A stretch of DNA of 64,000 nucleotides from Mobula hypostoma (taxonomy: Eukaryota). Both the position numbers and the translations under genes were made by a program. A model generated the notes under the pieces. That model was not told the origin of the DNA. It worked only from the letters and a program-made list of their open reading frames with translations, and made no database searches. The DNA lies in the NCBI RefSeq assembly GCF_963921235.1, contig NC_086100.1:42036001-42100000 (forward strand), in the 5' to 3' direction. This document shows, in pieces, positions 13,554 through 24,840 of this stretch (position 1 is its first letter; every line of letters starts with the position of its first letter).

Positions 13554-13769
13554 ATTGTTCTCAAATAGCTTAATTAATGCTGGACAAAGTACTGTATTAT
13601 CCAATAAAAAGGAGTTAAAACAATTTCATTTTGTAACAATATTATTACCCTCCAAGCCTCTACAAAAGAAAGGTACAGGTAAATTTAAGTACAAAATTCA
13701 GGAAAATTTTAAAATATATTGGTTACATGGAAATTAAGAAAATAATTCAGTATTTTATATTTAACTTAC

Positions 13770-13940
13770 AGGTTTTCCACTAGTGTTCTTCAAAGGATAA
13801 ATGACAAAATGAACATGAAGGTGAAACTCCAGCTTTCTAAGCAGCTGATCATTTTCTCCAGCATGAGGTGAAATGTGCTGCTCCCAAAGTTTGAAGAATG
13901 CCTTTCTATTTCCTTCATCAAATGCTTCAAGTAAATTTTT
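13770..13940 (-). CDS. ARMC9: ARMC9 coding exon 3 (KNLLEAFDEGNRKAFFKLWEQHISPHAGENDQLLRKLEFHLHVHFVIYPLKNTSGKP)
   Basis: 171 nt, ttttcaatag acceptor, gtaagt donor, phase 0/0. Aligns to ARMC9 AFDNGD..FF.LWEEHI...KLEFYLHIHFAIY. This frame is absent from the ORF track. Confidence 0.93.
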
Positions 13941-14989
13941 CTATTGAAAAATGGGATAACAAAGTTACTTGTCTGCTTTTTTAAAAAAATGGTGGTATGA
14001 AGATAATGATTTCCAAGAGAAGTTGTTCTTCTACTTCGGGATCCCTTGATGCACAGGCGCACCACAGGGTGTGAGCTTAGCCCCCACCCCCCCCACCGCT
14101 CTGTTTGCTTTATACGTATGACTGTGATGCTAAGTACAGCATCAATGCCATATTTAAATTGTGGGTCAAATCAAAGCTGATGACAAATCATCATGCAGAA
14201 AGGATATTGAGAATCCGGCTGAATGGTGCCACAACAACCTCTCACTCAATGTCATCAAAACCAAACAGCTGATTATTGACCACAGGTAAAGGAAACTGGG
14301 GGTCCATCAGCCAGTCCTCAATAGGGGAATCAGAGGCGGAGAGAGACAGCAACTTTAAACTCCTTGGCATTATCATTTCAGAGGATCTGTCCTGGGTCCA
14401 GCATGTAACTGCCGTTACAAAGACATGGCAGTGTCTCTTCTTTCTTATAGGTTTATGTAGATTCAGCATGCCATCTACAACTTTGACAAACTTCTATAGA
14501 TGCACGGAGGAAAGTATTCTGACTGGTTGCATCATGGCCTGGTATGGAAACACCAATGCCCTTGAACGGAAAAGAAATACAAAAAGTAGTGGATACAGCC
14601 CAGTTCATCACAGGTAAAGCCCTCCCCACCATTGAGCACATTTACATGGAGCACTGTCAAAGGAAAGCAGCATCTACCATCAAGGAGCCCCACCATCCAG
14701 GTCATGCTCTCTTTTTGCAGCTGCCAACAGGAAGGACGTACAGCAGCCTCGGGATCCACACCGCTAGCTTCAGGAACAGTTACTACCCCTCAACCATTAA
14801 CTCTTGAACCAAAGGGGGTAACTTCACTCAGCTCAACATTGAACTGTTTCTACAACCTATGAACTCACTTTCAAGGGCTCTTCATCCCATGTTTTTGATA
14901 TTTATTGCGTATTTATTAATTATTATATATATTTTGTTTTTGTATGTGCACAGTTTGATGTCGTTTGCACATGGTTGTTTGTCTTTTTT

Positions 14990-16572
14990 GGTTATGTTCC
15001 AAGCCTACCCTTGTATCCGTCCCCCACTTTTCCTTCGCTATATCGACGACTGCATTGCTGCTGCTTCCTGCACCCACACGGAGCTCATCGACTTCATCAA
15101 CTTTGCTTCCAACTTCCGCCCTGCCCTCAAATTTACCTGGCATATTTCCCACACCTCTGTCCCCTTTCTTGATCTCTTTGTCTCTGTCTCTTATCTACTG
15201 ATGTCTATTATAAACCCAAGGACTCTCACAGCTAACTGGACTATAGCGCTTCCCACCCTGTGACTTGTAAAAACACCATCCCCTTCTCTCAATTCCTCCT
15301 CTCCACCGCATCTGCTCTAAGGATGAAACTTTACATTCCAGAACGAAGAAGTCCTCCTTTTTCAAACAAAGGGGCTTCCCTTCCTGCACCATCAACACTG
15401 CCCTCATCTCATCCTCCCGTCACCCTATCAATGGGAGGGTTCCTCTTGTCCTCACCTACCACCCCCCCAGCCTCCACGTCCAGCACATAATTCTCTTTAA
15501 CTTCTGCCATCTCCAACAGGATCCCACCACAAAACACATCTTTCCTTCCCACTCACTTTCTGCTTTCGGCAGGGATCGCTCCCTAAGCGACCCCCTTGTC
15601 CATTCGTACCTCCCCTCTGATCTCCCTCCTGCCACTTATCCTTGCAAGCAGAACAAGTGCTAAACCTGCCCATATACCTCCTCCCTCACTGCTATTCAGG
15701 GCCCCAAACAGTCTTTCCAGGTGAGGCAACACTTCACCTCTGCACAAGGAATTCTGCAGATGCTGAAAATTCAAGCAACACATATCAAAGTTGCTGGTGA
15801 ACGCAGCAGGCCAGGCAGCATCTCTAGGAAGAGGTACAGTCGACGTTTCGGGTCGAGACCCTTCGTCCTGGAGAAGGGTCTCGGCCCGAAACGTCGACTG
15901 TACTTCTTCCTAGAGAGACTTCACCTCTGAGTCTGTTAGGTCATATACTGCGTCCAGGGCTCCCGGTGTGGCCTTCTGTATATCGGTGAGACCCGATGTA
16001 GACTGGGAGACCGCTTCACCGAACACCTACGCCAGAAGAAGCAGGATCTCCCAGTGGCCACCAATTTTAATTCCACTTCCCATTCCGATATGTCTATCCA
16101 TGGCCTCCTCCACTGTCACGATGAGGCCATACTCAGGTTGGAGGAGCCACACCTTAAATTCTGTCTAGGTAGCCTCAAACCTGATGGCATGAGACTTCAG
16201 GTAATGCCCCCCACCTTCACTATTCTCCATTCCATTTCCCTCCCTCTATCTTCTTGCCTGCCCATTGCCTCCCTCTGGTGCTCCTCCCACTTTCTTGCTT
16301 CCATGGCATTCTGTCCTCTCCTATTAGATTCCCCTTTTCCAGTCCTGTATCTCTTTCACCAGTCAACTTCCCAGCTCTTTACTTCACCCCTAACCCTCCC
16401 GGTTTCACCTATCACCCTGTGTTTCTCCCTCCCCTCCCCCCCCACCTTTTAATTCTACTCCTCATCTTTTTTCCTCCAGTCCTACTGAAGGGTCTTGGCC
16501 CAAAATATCAACGGTACTCTTTCCCACAGATGCTGCCTGGCCTGCTGAGTTCCTCCAGCATTTTGTGTGTGT
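14990..16572 (+). mobile_element. 5'-truncated, decayed Penelope-like element
   Basis: PLFLRYIDDCIAAASCTH in ORF 14859-15263; degenerate hammerhead at ~16478-16515; flanked by tggttgtttgtc at 14972-14983 and 16573-16584. Confidence 0.85.
15743..15917. mobile_element. Fold-back Penelope pLTR mini-insertion with a 12-bp TSD
   Basis: Inverted arms span 15821-15916. TSD acttcacctctg at 15731-15742 and 15918-15929. Confidence 0.88.
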
Positions 16573-17679
16573 TGGTTGTTTGTCCTTTCATTGACTCTAT
16601 TAATGTTTCTTTCTATTTACAGTGAATGGTCACAAGAAAGTGAATCTCAGGGTAGTACATGTTGCCATCTATACACTTTGATAATAAATTTTGAACTTTC
16701 AGTTTAATTATTAGCTTATTTGTCATTCATTCTTGGAATACAGGCATCACTGGCAAAACCAGTATTTTTTTCCTTATATCCAATTGACCTAAACAGCATG
16801 GTGAGTTACTTTCTTGAACTGCTACAAACATTCTGGTGAAAATATCCCCATAAAGTTATTGGGTAGAATGTTCCAAAACTTGAGCCCAGTGATGATGGAA
16901 AAGGAATGTATTTCCAGAGTCAGAATTGAAGGGAACAATAAAGATTTAGGGTTTTCATATACAAGCTGCCTATGGATTTGGCAGATACTATCAAAGTAGA
17001 CTTAGTAAGCAAATGCAATACAGTTGGTAGTTTGCGTCGAGCAGATGAATATATAGGACAGTGGATGGAATGAAAAATCAAACTGGCAGCTTTGTCATAG
17101 ATTGAGTCATACTGGAGCCTCAGTTATCCATTTGATCACATTCTTGAAAAGTAAGGAGTGACTTAACACATTAGTGTAATACAGCATGAAACAGGCCTTC
17201 AGCCAAATTGGTCCATGCCAACCACTGCTAGTTCCAGTTCCACACAACCCTCCTACCCATGTACCCATTCTAATTGCCTCTTATATGTGGCAATTGGATC
17301 CATCTTGCCCATTTCCTCTGGCAGCTCATTCCAAGTACTCACTACCCTATGTAAAGAGGTTACCTCTCAAGATTGTTTAATGTCATTTCCTGTACATGTA
17401 TAAGGAGAACAAAATAATTGTTACTCTGGATCCGATGTAGCCCAAAAAAAAAACACTAAGATAAAGAACACAACAATAATAAAAAAAATACAATGAACAG
17501 AAATACATAAGACAGCTTATATTAATAAATTGATTGTATGTCCTTAAAAGCGATGCGAGACTGCACTTAAGGTGACTGACAGAAAATAATAAAGTCATGC
17601 TGGAGTTAGTGGGTGTGGATGTAGATCAGTCTGACTGCTTAGAGAAAGAAACTGTTTGAGTTTGGTGGTCCTGGTTTGG

Positions 17680-18190
17680 ATGCCTCAGGTTTCTTTTAAA
17701 CTCCCAAACCTGGGGAAAAGAATATGACTGTCCAAATTATCCATACTCCTCATGATTTTTAAACTTATATGAGGTCACCCTTCTTTGTCCTACACTCGGG
17801 TACAAAGATCCAGTGTGGCCAACCTCTCCCAATTACTCAGGACCTCTAGTCCAGGCAGGATCCTCATAACTCTCTTTTGTACCCTCTCCAGCTGAGCAAT
17901 GCCTTTCCTATAACAGGGTCTCCAAAACTGCACGCAATACTCCAAGTGTGGCCTCACCAACAAATTATATAACTGCAACATAATGTCTCTGTCCCGACTG
18001 AAGGTCAACATGCTAACTGCTTTCATCACCCTCCTGCCTACTTCCAGCAATCTGTGCACTTGTACTCCCAGGTCCCTCTGTTCTACCACACTCATCAGTG
18101 CCCTGTCATTTACTGTATAACTTCTATCCCCCCCCCCCGGTATGAATGTCCACAATGCATCAGCTCAATTTCTTTCAATTGAAATCCCCA
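17680..18190 (-). mobile_element. CR1 LINE 3' fragment
   Basis: ORF 17790-18155: QRDLGVQV, LVRPHLEYCVQFW.P, LERVQKR..R.LPGL. Confidence 0.85.
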
Positions 18191-18896
18191 GTTCATCTCC
18201 CTAATCGATCAAGATCTCTTTGCAATTATTTGCAACCTGCTTTACTATCAAAGTTCACAATACATTAATTGTCAAAGTATGTATGCAGTGTACAACCCTG
18301 AAAGTCGTCTTCCCCACAGACTGTCACGAAACAAAGGAACGTGGAATCAACCCAATCAAAGAAAAAGCATCAAATCCCTCCCACGCGCAAAAAATAATCA
18401 CACAAAGAGCAACAAAAAAAATCAAAAACACAGAATATAAAACAAAAAAGGCATATTTCAGTACAGGTCAACATGATTCTTTAATTTAGTATAATCGGCA
18501 AACTTACTAAACATGCAATTTACATTCATATCCAAAACATTTACATGCTTAATGAATAACAGAGGTACCAAAACTGACCTCTTGGGCACCCTACTGGATG
18601 AACTGGATGTTAACCATCATCTTCTGCTTCCAATCATTAAACCAATTCAGAATCGATCTCACTAGTTCACCCAAATCCCATGCAATCTAACCTTTCAGAT
18701 CAGTGTGCCATGCAGCCTGATAATGACATTGATAATGTTGTCATTATCAATCTACCTAAAAACATGTTTCATTTTAAGATATTTATTGTAATGCTGAATA
18801 CATAAAATTTTTCAAAAATACCTCAGAATGTAATATTAACTGCAGTCCGTTTTACTTAAACAAATCTCATTTAATGGTACAAAGAACACACTTTAC

Positions 18897-19022
18897 CTGA
18901 ATGCGCAATGTCTTTGAATTTTGGCCAGCACTCACTGGTGGTTTTGGGATGGTCTTTCCCTTGTTCTTGCATTCCTCATCAAACGCGTTCACTGTTTCGT
19001 CAAAAGCTGCAAACTTTAAATA
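18897..19022 (-). CDS. ARMC9: ARMC9 coding exon 2, LisH region (YLKFAAFDETVNAFDEECKNKGKTIPKPPVSAGQNSKTLRIQ)
   Basis: 126 nt, cag acceptor, gtaaag donor, phase 0/0. LisH pattern YL.F..F..T...F..EC..KGK. Confidence 0.93.
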
Positions 19023-19483
19023 CTGCATGAGAAACATTAACAGTTTAAGGTGTAGATTTATTAAAAGTGTCAACATTGAAATGATTAACGGTAAATGTTA
19101 TTATTCGTGACAGCAAGAGAAAACAAAGTTATCTCAGGTTCAAAATGAGAATAGGATGAAAATTACGATTCCATTTCTTTGAATTAGTGTATTCACTGGT
19201 GTCAATTTGTATTAAAAGTCTCCCTTTCCTCAAACCAGTTTCCCAATAATCAGGGATCAGAGTTTTCTGTGGCAGGGCATAGTCATTAATTTTATTATAT
19301 GATTAGATTTTCTAACTTTACTCATATTAAGTGCCTAAAAGACCAATATCTGAAACAGACACAACAAGTGAAATCAGTTATCTCAATTAACTGGGACAAT
19401 AATTAAGTTTACAGATTGTGAAATTAAAGTGAAAAAACTTGGAAATATAGAGTGCAGAAATTTAATTCCTACTCAAGGTCAGA

Positions 19484-20366
19484 CAAGGTCTCCCTTTCTC
19501 TTCTCCATTTACACCTCGGACTTCAACTACTGCACAGAGTCTTGTCATCTTCAGAAGTTTTCTGATGACTCTGCCATAGTTGGATGCATCAGCAAGAGAG
19601 ATGAGGCTGAGTACAGGGCTACGGTAGGAAACTTCGTCACATGGTGTGAGCAGAATTATCTGCAGCTTAACGTGAAAAAAGACTAAAGAGCTGGTGATGG
19701 ACCTGAGGAGGGCAAAGGCACCAGTGATCCCTGTTTCCATCCAGGGGGTCAGTGTGGACATGGTGGAGGATTACAAATACCGGGGGATACGAATTGACAA
19801 TAAACTGGACTGGTCAAAGAACACTGAGACTGTCTACAAGAAGGGTCAGAGCCGTCTTTATTTCCTGAGGAGACTGAGGTCCTTTAACATCTGTCGGACG
19901 ATGCTGAGGATGTTCTACGAGTCTGTGGTGGCCAGTGCTATCATGTTTGCTGTTGTGTGCTGGGGCAGCAGGCACCAACAGAATCAACAAACTCATTCGT
20001 AAAGCCAGTGAAGTTGTGGGGATGGAACTGGACTCTCTGACGGTGGTGTCTGAAAAGAGGATGCTGTCCAAGTTGCAAGCCATCTTGGACATGTCATAAT
20101 GGACTGGTTGGACACAGGAGTACATTCAGCCAGAGACTCATTCCACCGAGATGCAACACAGAGCGTCATAGGAAGTCATTCCTGCCTGTGGCCATCAAAC
20201 TTTACAACTCCTCCCTTGGAGGGTCAGACACCCTGAGCCAATAGGCTGGTCCTGGACTTATTTCATAATTTACTGGCATAATTTACATATTACTATTTAA
20301 TTATTTATGGTGCAACTGTAATGAAAACCAATTTCTCTCGGGATCAATGAAGTATGACTATGACTA
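19484..20366 (+). mobile_element. Rex1-type LINE 3' fragment with a (TATGAC)n tail
   Basis: SPFLFSIYTSDF...CHLQKFSDDSAIVGCI and KKGQSRLYFLRRLRSFN; ends in atcaatgaagtatgactatgacta. Confidence 0.85.
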
Positions 20367-20746
20367 AATAAAAAGGTTATAAGGGATCAAAAAATGACTA
20401 AGAATGAGAGGAGGAAAAATGTGGAAACATAATTATTTTTATTTCAAAATATTGCATTTTAAAGATATGAAACAACAGTTCTAATCTGTGGAAATGTGAC
20501 ACCAGGCTGTATTAGTTAATTTCCAGGAATCAAGGAGATTGCCCATCATTAATTAAACTCATTCAACAGGTATATCAACTGACATGGACAAGATTGAACT
20601 TTTTGTAACATTTACTTCACATCTACAATCAAAAGAGCAATCTTGCAGAATCAGTAGTGACAAGGACGGTGTAAATTTGGCTTATTGTTAATAATTTAGG
20701 TTAGAAATCTTTTAATGTCCAAAATGGCAAACTCTTTCCAACCTAC

Positions 20747-20797
20747 CTCTTTTATCAAACCATTTAGTTCAGCTTCATACGTCAAGTTGTCCCCCAT
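20747..20797 (-). CDS. ARMC9: ARMC9 first coding exon (MGDNLTYEAELNGLIKE); the whole exon spans 20747-20831, including 34 nt of 5' UTR
   Basis: ATG at 20797-20795, gtaggt donor, polypyrimidine tract plus tag acceptor at 20832-20833. Matches the human N-terminus MGDILAHESELLGLVKE. Confidence 0.9.
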
Positions 20798-20859
20798 GAT
20801 CCATAAATTGTACTATCACCTCATTGTCAATCTACATTAAAACAAAAAAAAACACATAA

Positions 20860-21390
20860 GGATATGAGATATATCTGGCAGATCAGATAAAGGAGAATCC
20901 TAGGTGATTTTATAAGTATATTAAGTGAAAAAGGGCTATTAGGGAGAGAACGGGTCCTTAGGGACTCGCTCACCTATGTATGGAATCATAAGAAATAATT
21001 AAGATTGTAAGTGAATGCATTTTATCTGTATTTACCATGGAGGTCATGAAGTTAGGGAAATCAAAGAAAAGAACAATTATTTCCTGAAACCTATTGTTAT
21101 TATAAAAGAGATTTATAAAATCATGGGGCATCGGCAAGGTGGATGGACAGTGTTTTTCCATGGGCAGGGCAGCCTTAAACGAGGCCAAAGGTTCAATGTG
21201 AGAGCAGGAAGAATGAGCTGCCAATCAAGGTGGTCAAGATGGATATCATCAGAACACTTAAAAGACATTTGGACAGGATCACAGATAGTGAAGGTTTAGA
21301 GGGACGTAGGCCCAATGCAGGCAAAAGAAATTAGTTCAATCAAGGTGGCACCTTGGTCAGCTTAAAATGCCTATTTCTGAGCTGCATAAC
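20860..21390 (+). mobile_element. Decayed CR1 LINE fragments
   Basis: Resembles the other CR1 copies in the window (gagaatcctagg..tttataagtatatt; gatttataaaatcatgggg...gacagtg). Confidence 0.55.
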
Positions 21391-21978
21391 ACCAAGAACA
21401 AAGGGAAGCCACCGCATTGCCACGAATCATGCACACTAGATTTTCTCATATCATTTCATATTCATTCCTTTGTTCCCCTTCTATTTCATAATTTTGTTTA
21501 AAAACCAGCAGATGAGTTTGGCAAAGTTCATTACGGGTAAAAAAAAACTTAAGGTATCAAGAAAAAATCTGTAGACCAGAATACCACCCCCCCACGCACA
21601 TAAACAATTGACAAAAATGTAAAACAAATACCTTGAATGTTTGAAAACAAACTGCATATGTATATCATAAAATGAATACCGAAAGAATAACAAGCACCCG
21701 TCTTCACATGACTGAGATAGTTTTAATTTAAACGGAAGTACTTAATGTACAGAACAAATGCCCTGCAATGTAAACCCATCACTACTGTTGTCCTATGCTT
21801 GTTTTGTTGGTCACTTGGCAGCACAGGAGCAGTGAAAATCAGATGAACTCTTTCCTTTGGTATGCTTCTGTCTGCCAAAGCAAATTTGGTGGGGGTGGGG
21901 AGGAAGGGCGGTGGTGGGAGTTGAATATGCCAATCTATCTCCTTTGTGGCTGAGAATTATGGAAGTGAATATAACAGA

Positions 21979-22098
21979 AGAGATGCTGCAAATATTGAGC
22001 ATTACACACAAAATGCTGGAGGAACTCAGCAGGTCAGGTAGCATCGATAAAGGGGAAAAAACAGTCGACGTTTCGGGCCGAGACCCTTCATCGGGACT
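21979..22098 (-). mobile_element. Penelope pLTR fragment with a near-intact hammerhead (22063-22098, core CCGAUGA)
   Basis: Minus strand agtcccgatgaagggtctcggcccgaaacgtcgactg, followed by the gatgct.cctgacctgctgagttcctccagc pLTR sequence. Confidence 0.75.
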
Positions 22099-22590
22099 CG
22101 GAACATACTCTGCCTTCCATGAACTAGGACATCACCTTATTTGGTTTTATTTTGACTAATTTGATGTTGGCATCATTGGTAAGGGAAACATTCTCTATCA
22201 CCCTTTGAAAAGGATAGTCATTCTTGAACGATGTAGGGGGACTGACGCTGTGCTGTAGCACAGGAAGTTCACGGGTTGTGATGCAATAACATGGAATTTA
22301 TTTTATTAATGCTTTTTTTTCAAAGCCGCACCTTTCTCAAGAGAGAACACGTCTTTATTTATTTCTCCTGATACTACAGAAAACAGTCACTTACAAAGCG
22401 CGAAAGAAGAACAAACGCATACAAATCAAGAAGATCTCTCATTAGTTAAAACTGATCCTTCCAGATAACCTGAATAAGGTGTTGGAAACATGCGGCCGAG
22501 CTAATCGGGCCCATCCTGTTTATAATTACTGATCCCCATTCAGCTCCAGTTCAGAACAGTTATTTGGCTACCGTATGTTATAGCACTTAC

Positions 22591-22700
22591 AACTGAATAA
22601 CTCGAGCTTTGCCACCGTGCAACGAAGCCCCATCGCCGGCAGTCGGCCAGCCGTTCGCCGGAAACAGCTCCTTGGCAACGGTAAGCAAAACACACGGCAA
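22591..22700 (-). other. ARMC9: Probable ARMC9 non-coding first exon in a CpG-rich island; the TSS position is approximate
   Basis: CpG-rich patch at 22490-22860 with a strong donor T|gtaagt at 22590, 1.8 kb upstream of the ATG exon, which itself has an acceptor. Confidence 0.6.
22658..22679 (-). promoter_or_regulatory. RFX X-box-like site (GTTGCCAAGGAGCT) next to an ETS-like CCGGAAA
   Basis: Strong GTTGCC half-site at 22674-22679 in the presumed ARMC9 promoter/first exon. ARMC9 is a ciliary gene and RFX factors regulate ciliary genes. The second half-site is degenerate. Confidence 0.45.
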
Positions 22701-22984
22701 ACAACAACAGCGCAACTCGCCGTAAAGTGTCGTAAGGCTCCCGGTCTTTGTAGGACCTCCCCCAGGTGGTGTAGGAGGGCGGCCGGACTCGAGTGGGATG
22801 GTTCCACGTACAGTACTTCACTCCCCAACACTTTGCAGCACTCACCCTTGACTGTTCGGAGATTAAGAGCTCCTGATTCCAGCATCTGCAGTCTCTTCTA
22901 TCTCCACCTCGGAGATTAGAGGAGTATGACATGAACTATTGTAAATCTTTTAAAACATGGCAATTTACTGTAGTATGTTGCACA

Positions 22985-24380
22985 GGAGGTTCTGCAGATG
23001 CCAGAAATCCAGAGCAACACACACACAAAATAGAGGAACTCAGCAGGCCAGGCAGCATCTATGGAAATCTATGGACAGTCGACATTTCGGACCGAGACCA
23101 TTCATCTTGACTGGAAACGAACGCGGAAGAAGCTGGAATAAGAAGACGGGGGAGAAGAAGGAGTAGAAACTAGAAGGTGACAGGTGAAGCCAGGTGACTG
23201 GGAGCGGGGCGGGGGGGGAGGGGATGAAGTAAGAAGCTGGGAGTAGTAGGTGGAAAAGTTAAAGGACTGGAGAAGGAATCTGATTGGAGAGGAGAGTGGA
23301 CCATGGGAGAAAGGTCAGGAGCAGTGGCATGGCGTGGGGTGGGAGAGGTGATAGGCAGGTGAGGAGAAGAGGTAAGAGGGCCAGAGTGGGGAATTGAAGA
23401 GGGAAGGGGATAGGAGAAAAATTACCTGAAGTTGGAGAAATCAGTGTATGAGGCTACCTGTCAGAATGTGAGGTGTTGCTCCTCCAACATGAGAGTGGCC
23501 TCATTGTGGCAGAAGAGGAGGCTACGAACCAACATGTTGGAATGGGATGCATCAGGAGCACTGGATACTGTAGATGATCCCAACAGATTCATAGATGAAG
23601 TATTTTTCTCACCCGGAAGGACTGTTTGAGCCCTGAATGGAGGTGAATGGACAGGTGTAGCACGTCTTCTGCTTGCTGGGAGGGACAAATGGACAAGGGA
23701 ATCATGGAAGGAACAATCCCTGTGGAAAGTGGGGATGAGGTAAGGGTATGTTTGGTGGTAGGATCCTGTTGAAGATGGTGGAGGTTGCAGAGGCTTGTGA
23801 AATAGTAGGTGAGGACAAGTGGAACTCCATCTCTGTTAAGGTACTGGGAAGATAGCATGAGTGTGGATGTCTGGGAAATATAGGAGGTGTGGATGAGAGC
23901 AGAATCAATGGTAGAGGAATCGAAAACCCTGTTGTTTGAAGAAAGTGGACATCTCTGATGTCTTGGAAAGGAACGCCTCATCCTGGGAACAGATGAGGTG
24001 GACATGAAGGAACTGAGAAGAGGGAACGGTATGTTTACAGGAGATGTTGTAAAATGTTGCAGCTGTTTTAATTTCTAATAAGATATTCCTTGGCCACAAA
24101 CAAACTTTTAATCTTCCTCAGTAAATAGTGCCATGATGGAGGCAGACTGAGCTCTACCTCGCAGAGGCTAGACAGCAGCTCTCCAACGCCTCCTCATTCT
24201 GACCCCTGGATTATGACCTTATAAATAATCATAGGCCGCTCTCTCCTGTACCACCACAGATCAGGAGATCGTCCCTCCACAGCCTCCAAACTGATGGTTC
24301 CCAAATCTTGTAATGCCGTCTTCCCCTACCCCAGAATTACAAACCAAGGATATCCTGTTTGACCCATTGTTTCTAACTGT
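22985..24380 (-). mobile_element. Old Penelope-like element with an inverted 5' piece (minus ~22985-24050, plus ~24130-24380)
   Basis: pLTR and degenerate hammerhead at 23077-23112; ATLMLEEQHLTF, VPLVLTY, CSQDEAF. The plus-strand piece is WRQTELYLAEARQQL-like. Confidence 0.7.
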
Positions 24381-24424
24381 GCTTGCCCCATTAAATTTAT
24401 CTCTTCATATTTTGACAGGATCTT

Positions 24425-24840
24425 TCGAGCACTGTTACAGGAAAGCAGCATCCATCATCAGGGGCTCCCACCATCCAGGCCATGCTCTCTTCTCACTGTT
24501 GCCAATGGAAAGGAGATACAGGAACCTCAGGTCCCACACCACCAGGTTCAGGAGCAGTTATTACCCCTCAACCACCAGGCTCTTGAAATGGGATAATCTC
24601 GTTCACCCCCAATGCTGAACTGATTCCACAACTTATGGGCTCACTTTCAAGGAATCTGCAACTCACGTTCTCAATATTTATTGCTTAAATATTTAATTTT
24701 TTTGTATTTGCAAAGGTTGTTGTATTGTGCACATTGATTGTTTGTCCATATTTGTTGTGTGTGGTTTTTCATTGCTTCTACTGTTTTTCTTTGTAGTTAC
24801 TGTGAATGCCCACGAGAAAATAAATCTCTACTTTGAACTT
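24425..24840 (+). mobile_element. Rex1/Babar-like LINE 3' end
   Basis: RKAASII...HPGHALFSLLP..RRYR.LRSHTTRFRSSYYP in ORF 24313-24618. Confidence 0.75.

Larger units (their letters stand above)
14056..16700 (+). mobile_element. Rex1/Babar-like LINE 3' fragment, interrupted by the Penelope insertion at 14990-16572
   Basis: Starts with a GAPQG..LSP-like sequence. ORFs 14276-14617 (FKLLGIIISEDLSW, NFYRCT.ESILTGCI.AWYG) and 14544-14807 (HPGHALF.QLPTGR...FRNSYYP). The 3' UTR resumes after 16585. Confidence 0.75.

Noticed and set aside
13362-13555. CRISPR-like array of ~29-nt repeats
   Set aside because: There are no unique spacers, the units are Penelope RT coding sequence, the context is eukaryotic and no cas genes are present.
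22540-22932. Overlapping 100-130 aa ORFs as a small gene
   Set aside because: They are explained by the stop-poor CpG island at the presumed ARMC9 start and have no recognisable motif.
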